Assembly (NCBI GenBank): GCA_044866005.1
Contig: JBIOTN010000245.1
Coordinates: forward strand, 1 to 21,926
Source of the DNA: Candidatus Rokuibacteriota bacterium
Lineage (GTDB): Bacteria; Methylomirabilota; Methylomirabilia; Rokubacteriales; DASRDR01
DNA length: 21,926 bases
Direction of reading: 5' to 3'
The notes under the pieces are model-generated. The model was not told the origin of the DNA. It saw nothing but the letters and a program-made list of their open reading frames with translations, and did no database searches. Every line of letters starts with the position of its first letter. Within the stretch, counting starts at the first letter, position 1. The translations under genes and the position numbers were made by a program. Of the stretch, positions 1-8,028 are shown one piece after another.

Positions 1-618
1 ACGGGCTCCTCCCCGAACCGGACGTTCTTCGACGGCCGGATGGTGTCCCCGAGCGTGTGGGCCTTCCCGGTCACGCCCAACGGGCGCTACGCCGCGATCG
101 GCGAGATGGTCGAGGCGGGGCTCCCGGCAGCCGAGGTGGCGCGCTGGCTCCAGCAGATCCTCGACCACGCGACCCGGGAGCGGGCCATCCGGCTCATCTA
201 CAGCCACGGGTACGACATGCTGAACCCGTCGTCCCGCTCGGCGTTCCAGCGCTTCCTGGACCGCGCCGAGGCCTTGCAGGGCGACGGCACGCTCCGCGTC
301 GACACGATGGAGTACTTCGTCGAGTTCCTCGACCGCTTCCTGAAGACGCGCTACGGGTTCACGCGCGCGGACGGCGCCCTCAGCGTCGATCTGGAGAACC
401 CCGACGGCCTTCACGCCATCAGCTTCGCGGTCCCCGTGAGCTGGGTCGGCGAGCGCGTCGCCTCCCACCCGGGCGTCGCGCACGCGCGGGACGGGGCCTA
501 TCACGTGTTCACGGTTCAGTCGCAGGACACGCGGCTCCACCTTCGGCTACCGATCTCCGGTGTCGAGGGGCGAGCCGCCGCCGCCTCGGGAGTCGACGTA
601 GCCAGAGGAGCTCGCTGA
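1..618 (+). CDS. Partial (5'-truncated) protein, probably the C-terminal part of a polysaccharide deacetylase-family protein
   Basis: Frame 1 is open from base 1 (TGSSPNRTFFDGRMVSPSVWAFPVTP...) to TGA at 616-618. RLIYSH resembles the late His motif of NodB-type deacetylases. Lies 1 nt upstream of wecB. Confidence 0.55.
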   Translation, partial: TGSSPNRTFFDGRMVSPSVWAFPVTPNGRYAAIGEMVEAGLPAAEVARWLQQILDHATRERAIRLIYSHGYDMLNPSSRSAFQRFLDRAEALQGDGTLRVDTMEYFVEFLDRFLKTRYGFTRADGALSVDLENPDGLHAISFAVPVSWVGERVASHPGVAHARDGAYHVFTVQSQDTRLHLRLPISGVEGRAAAASGVDVARGAR

Positions 619-619
619 G

Positions 620-1816
620 ATGGGGAACTCGGTCCTCCTGTGCATCGGGACACGTCCGGAAGTCATCAAGATGGCGCCTGTCTACCATGCGCTCAAGAAC
701 ACGGCCCTGGAACCGATCGTGCTGCACACCGGCCAGCACGAGGCCGGCACGGAGCCGGACCGTCACACCGTCTGGCCCCTCTACGAGTTCTTCGGCTTCC
801 TGCCGACTTACCGGGTCGACCTCGTGCGACGGACGGACACGCTCGCCCACCTCACGGCGCTGTTGATGGAGGAGCTGACCGAGCTGCTCACGTACATCGA
901 CCCCGCCGCCATGCTGGTGCAGGGCGACACGACGACGGCGTTCATCGCGGCGCTGGCGGCCTTCTACCGGCGCACCCCGGTCGGCCACGTGGAGGCGGGG
1001 CTGCGCACGCACAACGAATACGACCCGTTCCCCGAAGAGAAGAACCGCCAGCTCATCACGCGGCTGTCCCGCTGGCACTTCACGCCGACGCAGCAGTCGA
1101 CGCAGAACCTCCTGGCCGAGGGCGTGCCGGAGGCCCAGATCTTCCAGGTCGGCAACACGGTCGTCGACGCGGTCCAGTGGGGACTCGAACACCTCGACGA
1201 GCGCGTGACCCAGAGCGATTTCCTGCCGCGCGCCTTGCAGTCCCTGCCCTCGCGGCTGGACCATAGCCGCCTTCTCCTCATCACGGCTCACCGTCGCGAA
1301 AACTGGGGCACGAAGATCTCCCAGATCGCCAAGGCGGCCCGCACGCTCCTGGAGCGCCACGCGGACCTGGTCGTGGTCTGGCCCGTGCACCCCAACCCCA
1401 AGGTGCACACCACGGTCCAGGCCGGCTTCGAGGACCTTCCCGGGAGCGTGGCCGAGCGCCTCTACCTGACACCCGGCCTCTCGTATCCCTGCGTCCTCTG
1501 GCTGCTGAAGCGGGCCTGGCTCGCCCTGACCGACTCCGGCGGGATCCAGGAAGAGGCGGCCGCAACGAGCACGCCGGTGCTCGTGCTGCGGGATACGACC
1601 GAGCGCCCCGAGCTTCTGACCGCCGGGGCCGGCATCCTGGTCGGCACGGATCCCGACACGATCGCGTCACACGTCCTCCGACTCAGCAGCCATCCCGAGC
1701 AGTACGACGCCATGCGGACGGCTCAAAACCCCTTCGGTGACGGGAAGGCGGCGAGATACATCAGCAAGATCCTGGTGCAGAGCCTCGCTGCGGAGGTCCC
1801 GAGCCCGTGGTTCTGA
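620..1816 (+). CDS. wecB: UDP-N-acetylglucosamine 2-epimerase (non-hydrolysing)
   Basis: Motifs GTRPEVIKMAPV, HTGQH, VQGDTTT, GHVEAGLRT, PFPEEKNR, TAHRREN, TDSGGIQEE, LRDTTERPE, NPFGDG. Confidence 0.96.
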   Translation: MGNSVLLCIGTRPEVIKMAPVYHALKNTALEPIVLHTGQHEAGTEPDRHTVWPLYEFFGFLPTYRVDLVRRTDTLAHLTALLMEELTELLTYIDPAAMLVQGDTTTAFIAALAAFYRRTPVGHVEAGLRTHNEYDPFPEEKNRQLITRLSRWHFTPTQQSTQNLLAEGVPEAQIFQVGNTVVDAVQWGLEHLDERVTQSDFLPRALQSLPSRLDHSRLLLITAHRRENWGTKISQIAKAARTLLERHADLVVVWPVHPNPKVHTTVQAGFEDLPGSVAERLYLTPGLSYPCVLWLLKRAWLALTDSGGIQEEAAATSTPVLVLRDTTERPELLTAGAGILVGTDPDTIASHVLRLSSHPEQYDAMRTAQNPFGDGKAARYISKILVQSLAAEVPSPWF

Positions 1817-2727
1817 TCCCGCCGGGGCGGGCGGCGCGGGGGCGGGGCGCGCGGCGGGGCGGCGCCGGCAGTCCCGGGTGCCTGGGCGCACGCCGTCTCG
1901 GCCTCGCCGTGCTGTCGGCGCTCGTCGCGCTCCTGCTGGCGCCGGGCGCCTTCGGGCAGACCGGTCCCGTGAGCCCCGAGCCCGGACCCCAGCCGACGGT
2001 GGCGCCGGCGCCGGAGACGCTCAGCGGGTACATCGAGGGCGGGTTCAACTATCACGTCCTGACGGGCGGACAGGGTAACTGGTTCGGCCAGTACCTGCGC
2101 GGCGCCGTGGACGTCAAGCAGCGCGACATCTGGACGTACGAGATCGTCAACCAGGAGAAGTTCCGGGACCACGGCGTCTTCTTCTCCGTCGGCGACACGC
2201 ACGTCTTCGACGAGGACTGGTACGGGAACCTGAGCCTGGGCACGAGCGCGGGCGGATTCTTCTGGCCCCGGTTCCGGGCCGACGCCTTCATCAACCGGAA
2301 GTGGCTGGCCGACCGGAGCCTCATCACGACGCTGGGCGTGGGGTACTACGACGCGAAGGACGTGCACTACGACCTCAGCGGCTATCTCGGTGCCGCGTAC
2401 TACTTTCCGGCGCCGTGGATCGTGGAGGGCGGCCTGCGGTACAACGTCAGCCAGCCCGGGTCGGTGACGTCGCTGTCCCCGTTCCTGGCCGTGACCTACG
2501 GCCGCAACAAGGCGCACTACCTCACCCTGCGTTACAGCTTCGGCCGGGAGGCCTACCAGCTGGTCGGCCCATCCGCCACGATCGTCGACTTCCACAGCCA
2601 GGTCGTCTCGTTCACCTGGCGCCAGTGGCTCACCCGGGACTGGGGTTTCCGGGTGTTCGCCGAACACTACAACAACCCGTTCTACGAGCGGAACGGTCTG
2701 GAGGTGGGGATCTTCCGCGACTTCTAG
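1807..2727 (+). CDS. YaiO-family outer-membrane beta-barrel protein (start uncertain)
   Basis: Basic N-terminus plus hydrophobic signal peptide (LGLAVLSALVALLLAPGAFG), Pro-rich linker, aromatic-rich alternating beta strands, C-terminal Phe (LEVGIFRDF). Adjacent to wecB. Confidence 0.78.
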   Translation: MVLIPPGRAARGRGARRGGAGSPGCLGARRLGLAVLSALVALLLAPGAFGQTGPVSPEPGPQPTVAPAPETLSGYIEGGFNYHVLTGGQGNWFGQYLRGAVDVKQRDIWTYEIVNQEKFRDHGVFFSVGDTHVFDEDWYGNLSLGTSAGGFFWPRFRADAFINRKWLADRSLITTLGVGYYDAKDVHYDLSGYLGAAYYFPAPWIVEGGLRYNVSQPGSVTSLSPFLAVTYGRNKAHYLTLRYSFGREAYQLVGPSATIVDFHSQVVSFTWRQWLTRDWGFRVFAEHYNNPFYERNGLEVGIFRDF

Positions 2728-2762
2728 TCGCCGAAACGCCAGTCGCTACCGAGGGAGCGCAT

Positions 2763-3158
2763 ATGGCGAAGATCATGCTGGCTGACGACGAACAGCAGGT
2801 CAGGGACATGGTGGCCTTCAAGCTCACCAGCAGCGGCCACCACGTCGTCCGCGCCTGCGACGGCGGGGAGGCCATGGCGCTCGCCGCCGCGGAGAGTCCC
2901 GACCTCATCATCCTGGACATCATGATGCCGGTGCTGGACGGACTCGAGGTGTTGCGCCGACTCAAGGCGAACCCCACCCTCCACGCGATCCCGGTCATCA
3001 TCCTGTCGGCGAAGGGGCGGGACCAGGACGTGCTCAACGGCCTCCGGGCCGGGGCGGTCGACTACATCGTGAAACCGTTCAGCCTCAAGGAGCTGACGGC
3101 CCGGGTGGAGCTGGCCCTGCGGAAGCGGCCGGCCGACGAGGGCCCGGCGGTCGAATGA
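2763..3158 (+). CDS. Single-domain response regulator (receiver only), 131 aa
   Basis: RBS GAGGGAG then ATG at 2763. KIMLADD, phospho-Asp in LIILDIMMP, LSAKG, YIVKPF. No output domain. Confidence 0.93.
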   Translation: MAKIMLADDEQQVRDMVAFKLTSSGHHVVRACDGGEAMALAAAESPDLIILDIMMPVLDGLEVLRRLKANPTLHAIPVIILSAKGRDQDVLNGLRAGAVDYIVKPFSLKELTARVELALRKRPADEGPAVE

Positions 3159-3314
3159 GGCCGGCGGGGCTGAGGCGCCGGGGTGGCCAGCCCGATGGGC
3201 CCTGGACCGGAATCGACCACCGCCCTGGCCAGAGATCATCCACCGGATCATCGTACCGGCGGGCGAGGCGCCCGCAACTACCCGGAAGCATTGGTCAGCG
3301 ATCGCCGCCCGGCA

Positions 3315-3331
3315 TTGGCTCCGTCATTGCA
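3315..3331 (+). promoter_or_regulatory. Putative sigma-54 (-24/-12) promoter
   Basis: TTGGCtccgtcaTTGCA matches TGGC-N7-TTGC with exact spacing, in the 308-nt intergenic region, 135 nt before the HD-GYP start. Confidence 0.7.
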
Positions 3332-3466
3332 CCCCGCAGGACAGCCTTGCCGGAGGGGGAACCCGCGCGCCCGAAAACGGGTACGGGGAGGGAGGCATAT
3401 CTGCCACCGCGAGTCACGGGCCCCGAGGGGACCCGACCGTCCGGCGATGAGAGCGAGGAGAGAGAG

Positions 3467-5053
3467 ATGAGCCGCTCCATCGTCGGTGAGCTGCCGGGCG
3501 CAGAGCTCCTGCGCGTCCTGCTCGTGGACGACAACCCTCACGTCCTCCAGTTCCTGGCGTCCGCCTTCAAGATGCACGGCTGCCTGGTCTCGACCGCGCC
3601 GACCGCGGAGGACGCGCTCGAACTCCTGTCGGACCACACGTTCGACCTGGTGGTGTCCGACATCAAGATGCCCGGCCTCAGCGGGCTGGATCTCCTCCGC
3701 GCGGCGAAGGGCAAGCAGCCGGGGACCCCGGTGGTGCTCATCACCGGCGTTCCGTCGATCAACTCCGCCGTCTTCGGCCTCCGCCACGGCGCCTACGACT
3801 ACCTCCCCAAGCCCTTTTCGGTGAAGGAGGTCCAGGTCCTCGTCCAGCGCCTGCGGCGCGACCGAAAGCTCCTGCACGGCAACGTCGCGCAGCCGGCGGG
3901 GCTGATCGACGAGCTGGCGCGACGGCAACTCGGCATGGAAGGGCTGTTCCGTATCGGCGAGCTGGCGCTCGAGGGCCTGGAGCCGAGCGTCATGATCGAC
4001 ACGGTGCTCGACTACACGATCCAGAGCCTCCGCGGCGATGCCGCGCTCCTGCTCCTCCGGAACGACCACGGCGTCCTGACGGCCGGGCAGAAGGGCGATC
4101 TCGCCCTGGTGACCGCGCTCCAGAGCCGGCTCCAGGAGTCCTTCGACGACCTCGTGCGGATGCATGGCAAAGAGGCCTTCGAGCTGACGGGCAAGGGCGA
4201 CGCCCGGACCGCCCTGGCGGCCCTCGTCCCGGGAGCGGAGAAGACCATGGGCATCCTCTGCCTCGGCCGCGACGCCCAGTCGGGCGGTTTCCTGCCCGAC
4301 GAGAAGGAGTTCCTCGTCGGCTACGCGCAGACGACCGCTCTCGCGCTGGAGAAGATGCTCATGCGCGAGAATCTCGAGAGCAACCTGATCGACACGATCT
4401 CGTCGTTCGTGAACGCCCTGGAGTCGAAGGACATGTACCTGAAGGGGCACTCGGCGCGCGTCGCCGTCTACGGCGGCGAGATGGCGACGCGGCTGGGACT
4501 GTCCCCGACCGAAGTCTTCGTCACGCGCCGGGCCGGCATGCTGCACGACCTGGGGAAGCTCGTGATCCTGGACTCGATCCTTCACAAGCCCGGCCGCCTG
4601 AGCAAGGAAGAGTACGCGCTGATCATGCGGCACCCGCTGGTCGCCCACAAGATCCTCAAGCCCCTGAGGTTCCTGGCCCGGGAGGCGGATGCCATCAAGT
4701 ATCACCACGAGCGCTTCGACGGAAAAGGGTATCCGGACGGACTGAAGGGGGAGGAGATCCCCCTGCCCGCCCGAATCGTCACGGTGGCGGACGCCTTCGA
4801 CGCGATGACCTCCACGCGGCCGTATCGGAGCGCCCTCCCGCTCGACGTGGCGCTGGGCGAACTCCACCGGGGCGCCGGCGTGCAGTTCGATCCCCGGGTC
4901 ACCGAGGCGTTCGCCGCGATCCCCCGCAGCCGGGTGATCGAGATCAGCCGGTGCTACGACGCGCGCCCGACGGCGACCCCGGACCGCGAGGGGGCGGGAC
5001 CCGCCACGGCGGACGCCCTGACGTGCAAGCCGGCGGCCGAGGTGGACCGGTGA
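3467..5053 (+). CDS. Response regulator with REC, GAF-like and HD-GYP domains (putative c-di-GMP phosphodiesterase), 528 aa
   Basis: RBS GAGGAG then ATG at 3467. REC (LLVDD, VSDIKMP, YLPKPF), central GAF-like region, HD-GYP motifs GHSARV, LHDLGK, HHERFDGKGYPDGL, ARIVTVADAFDAMTSTRPYR. Confidence 0.93.
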   Translation: MSRSIVGELPGAELLRVLLVDDNPHVLQFLASAFKMHGCLVSTAPTAEDALELLSDHTFDLVVSDIKMPGLSGLDLLRAAKGKQPGTPVVLITGVPSINSAVFGLRHGAYDYLPKPFSVKEVQVLVQRLRRDRKLLHGNVAQPAGLIDELARRQLGMEGLFRIGELALEGLEPSVMIDTVLDYTIQSLRGDAALLLLRNDHGVLTAGQKGDLALVTALQSRLQESFDDLVRMHGKEAFELTGKGDARTALAALVPGAEKTMGILCLGRDAQSGGFLPDEKEFLVGYAQTTALALEKMLMRENLESNLIDTISSFVNALESKDMYLKGHSARVAVYGGEMATRLGLSPTEVFVTRRAGMLHDLGKLVILDSILHKPGRLSKEEYALIMRHPLVAHKILKPLRFLAREADAIKYHHERFDGKGYPDGLKGEEIPLPARIVTVADAFDAMTSTRPYRSALPLDVALGELHRGAGVQFDPRVTEAFAAIPRSRVIEISRCYDARPTATPDREGAGPATADALTCKPAAEVDR

Positions 5054-5427
5054 GCGCGGGCAAGGCCAGGGTGCTCGTCGTCGACGACGCGGGGCCGGTC
5101 GTCGTGCTCTGCGTCAACATCCTCCAGTCGCTCGGGTACGTGGTCAAGGGCGCGAACCGCGGCGAGGCGGCCATCGAGCTGGCGCGGAAGGAGCCCTTCG
5201 ACCTCATCGTCGTGGACTACCGGATGCCGGGGATGGACGGCTTCCAGGTCTTCGAGCAGGTCCGGGCCCTGCGGCCCGAGATGCACTTCCTGCTCATCAC
5301 GGCGCACGGCACGGCGGACGTCACCAAGAAGGCGACGGAGATGGGATTCGGCGCTATTCTGCTGAAGCCGTTCACCTCAGACGAGCTCCGGGTGGCCGTC
5401 GAGAAAGCCCTCGCCGGCAAGGCGTAG
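5050..5427 (+). CDS. Single-domain response regulator, 125 aa
   Basis: GTGA overlap with the HD-GYP stop. VLVVDD, IVVDYRMPGMDG, LITAHG, LLKPF. Confidence 0.92.
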   Translation: MSAGKARVLVVDDAGPVVVLCVNILQSLGYVVKGANRGEAAIELARKEPFDLIVVDYRMPGMDGFQVFEQVRALRPEMHFLLITAHGTADVTKKATEMGFGAILLKPFTSDELRVAVEKALAGKA

Positions 5428-5429
5428 GG

Positions 5430-6245
5430 ATGCCGACGGTCAGCCGAGCGAACGTGACGGAGCCTATGGCGGGAGGGTCCGTGCTCAACTCCGTGGTCCG
5501 CGGCCTCCAGTGGGCCCTGGACCGCATGGTGTCCGTTGGCTACGGCGTCGTCTACGATTTCGTCTTCGAGCGCTTTCCGCCGTATCGGCGGCTGCAGCAG
5601 GAGATCCTGGAGCTGCTCGAGCGGTCGGCGCCGAAGGACGCGAGCCGGCGAGACGTCCACGTGCTGGACATCGGTTGCGGCCCCGGCAATTTCGCGTTCG
5701 CGGTCGGCGAGGCCGGGTTTTCGGTCGTCGGGGTGGATCCGTACGACGCCCTGCTGGACCTGGCGCGGGAAAAACGCCGGGCCAAGCGGCTACCGAACGT
5801 CGCGTTCCGGCACGCCGATCTGGCCACCGGCCAGCCCTTTCGCGAAGCGAGCTTCGACCAGGTCGTGAACATCCACTCCCTCTACGTGCACGCCGCGCCG
5901 CGCGACGTGCTCAGGGAGGCCTACCGCGCCCTGAAGCCGGGCGGGCACGGCGTGTTCGTGAACTTCACGCGACGGGTCTGGCTCTGGTCCACGGTGCGCG
6001 GGGTCACGTCCCGCGACGGGCTGGCCGCCGGGCTCCGCTGTCTGCTCTGGGTGCTGCCGAATTCGGTCTTCGAGGCCACGCGCAAGCGGATCGGTCCGCA
6101 TTACTGGCAGGAGGAAGAGTTCGCCTCCCGCCTCGAGGAGGCGGGGTTCGAACTGCTGGAAATGCGGCGCACCTTCTTCGACGGCGCGAGCCTGCTGGCG
6201 TGGGTGCGAAAGGACGAACGAAAGCGGGAACAGCCGCGGGCGTGA
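5430..6245 (+). CDS. Class I SAM-dependent methyltransferase (UbiE-like fold, substrate unknown)
   Basis: Motif I VLDIGCGPG, acidic GVD after beta-2, PFREASFDQV, RALKPGG. Start could be slightly downstream. Confidence 0.9.
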   Translation: MPTVSRANVTEPMAGGSVLNSVVRGLQWALDRMVSVGYGVVYDFVFERFPPYRRLQQEILELLERSAPKDASRRDVHVLDIGCGPGNFAFAVGEAGFSVVGVDPYDALLDLAREKRRAKRLPNVAFRHADLATGQPFREASFDQVVNIHSLYVHAAPRDVLREAYRALKPGGHGVFVNFTRRVWLWSTVRGVTSRDGLAAGLRCLLWVLPNSVFEATRKRIGPHYWQEEEFASRLEEAGFELLEMRRTFFDGASLLAWVRKDERKREQPRA

Positions 6246-6396
6246 GCTCGCCGTGCACCGGTGCAGAGACGAGACGACCACCTGGGAGGGAGGTGACGGT
6301 GGGGCACGGAGTAGCGCGCAGCCTTCACACACGACGTCATCTTTGGGATTCTTGGGGCTCGCCGGCGCACGCCGGGCGAGAGGTGAGGAGATGACG

Positions 6397-7125
6397 ATGG
6401 CACGATCGCGAATGAAACCGCTCTGGACGGTCGGGCTGGTGCTGGCCGGAGCCTTCGCCGTGGGTATCCCGGCGACGGCCGTGGCGAGCTGCACGCCTCC
6501 GGCCGGAGAGCTCGCCGGATTCCTCCTCGAGATCACCGAGAGCCCGCCGCTCCACGCCGCGCCCGGCGGGCCGACGTCCCCGGGGGCCTTTTCACCCGGG
6601 ATCGGCCGGCAGCTCGACGCGGTCATCGCGCGGCTGGCGCAGGCCACCGCGGTCGGGGCAGCCGAGGGCTGCGGGAGTCTCGCCGACCTGGGCCCGAACG
6701 TCGAGTTCCACGCGCGCACCCGGATCCCCTTCGCACCCGCCGGTCCGGGCGGCCCGCTGGTGCCGGAGCCCGGCACGCTCACGGGCTCCTTCAAGATCGA
6801 CGCGGGGCCCAAGGGCAGCGTCCCCGGCAAGGTGGCCGGAATCATCAGCTTCCTCAGCGACCCGGCCTGCGGGGGGGTGTGCCCCATCGCCTTCGTATCG
6901 GGCGCGTGGAGCACGCTGGGCAACGACCGGCGGAGCGGCCAGTTCACCGCCTTCGCCTTCGTCCCGATTCCGCTGGGCTGTACGCTCGACACCACGTCGC
7001 CTCTGGGCACCGGCTGCTTCTACCTGATCGGGGGGGCGTTGGTTCCCCTGGACCCGGCCACCGAGTACAGCAAGCAGTTCGGGACCGGAGTCGCGAAATT
7101 CCTGTTCACGTTCACGACGCCCTAG
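6397..7125 (+). CDS. Hypothetical exported protein or lipoprotein with 6 Cys
   Basis: RBS GAGGAG at 6385-6390. Signal peptide MARSRMKPLWTVGLVLAGAFAVGIPATAVA-SC. GC3-rich codon pattern. No family recognised. Confidence 0.75.
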   Translation: MARSRMKPLWTVGLVLAGAFAVGIPATAVASCTPPAGELAGFLLEITESPPLHAAPGGPTSPGAFSPGIGRQLDAVIARLAQATAVGAAEGCGSLADLGPNVEFHARTRIPFAPAGPGGPLVPEPGTLTGSFKIDAGPKGSVPGKVAGIISFLSDPACGGVCPIAFVSGAWSTLGNDRRSGQFTAFAFVPIPLGCTLDTTSPLGTGCFYLIGGALVPLDPATEYSKQFGTGVAKFLFTFTTP

Positions 7126-7266
7126 CGGGAGGCCACCGGAAGCTTGGGACGCCCGCCGGGCTGGTGGTAAGCTGCCGGCGCGATCCGAGCGACGCCCTGG
7201 CCGGCGCGAGGGGGCGGGGCGACGGCCTCGCGACGGCAGGCGCAGGGAAGGCTGGGAGAGCGGCGC

Positions 7267-8028
7267 ATGCGGTTTCTGCGAGACGCGGCCGGAAGCGTCG
7301 GCCTGAGGAGCGCCTGGGAACATCTCGGGGCTCCGGCGCTCGAGCGGTCGAGGCAGCTGAAGAAAGGAACCTTGGCGGCGCAGGACGACGGGGCCCGACT
7401 TCCGATCTCGCCCGACGAGATCGTGATCACACGGGGGAAAAAGATCTACTTGCGGACCTTCACCCCGGCGGACCTGGACCATCTCGCCGAGTGGGCGGAC
7501 GACCCCCACCTCGAGCGGATGGTGGGGAGCGAGTTCCTCCAGCTCTACCGGGCCTACGAGAAGGATCGCTCGTTCTACGAGGCGGTGTTGAACAACCCGA
7601 CGCAGATCGTCCTCGTGGTCATGGCGTACAAGGGCTGGACGAAGCCGGTGGGGGTGGTCCGGCTCTTCAACATCCACCAGGCGGAGGGGTACGCGGGCAT
7701 CGAGACGATCATCGCGGACCATCGGGCCTCGCGCAAAGGGCTCGGCGTGCAGGCCAGTCGCCTGATGGCGTATTATGGCGTGGATGTGCTCGGCCTGCGG
7801 CGGATCGAGGCCAAGGCCTACGAGTACAATCCCTTGAGCATCAACACGCTCAAACGCAACGGGTTCACCCAGGAGGGCGTCCTCCGGCAGGCGGCGCTCC
7901 GAGACGGCCGATACTGGGACATCATCATCTTCGGGATCCTGAAGGACGAGATCGAGGAGCAGCGCAGAAAGGACAAATATCTCCTTCCCCTCGAGGGCGG
8001 CGAGGGGGACATGATTGACTCTCCATAA
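7267..8028 (+). CDS. GNAT N-acetyltransferase, RimJ/RimL-like (start may be TTG at 7372)
   Basis: KIYLRTF, SRKGLGVQAS (acetyl-CoA loop), LGLRRIEA, YNPLSINTLKRNGFTQEGVLR, GRYWDIIIFGILKDE. Confidence 0.9.
   Translation: MRFLRDAAGSVGLRSAWEHLGAPALERSRQLKKGTLAAQDDGARLPISPDEIVITRGKKIYLRTFTPADLDHLAEWADDPHLERMVGSEFLQLYRAYEKDRSFYEAVLNNPTQIVLVVMAYKGWTKPVGVVRLFNIHQAEGYAGIETIIADHRASRKGLGVQASRLMAYYGVDVLGLRRIEAKAYEYNPLSINTLKRNGFTQEGVLRQAALRDGRYWDIIIFGILKDEIEEQRRKDKYLLPLEGGEGDMIDSP

Noticed and set aside
2301..2762. N-terminal extension of the first response regulator
   Set aside because: Overlaps the beta-barrel gene in another frame. RBS supports ATG 2763.
3155..3466. 104-aa N-terminal extension of the HD-GYP ORF
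   Set aside because: Low-complexity translation. The region holds a promoter-like motif, and a good RBS precedes ATG 3467.
6300..6320. Second sigma-54-like site (GGCACG) upstream of the exported protein
   Set aside because: The -12 GC is not at the required spacing.
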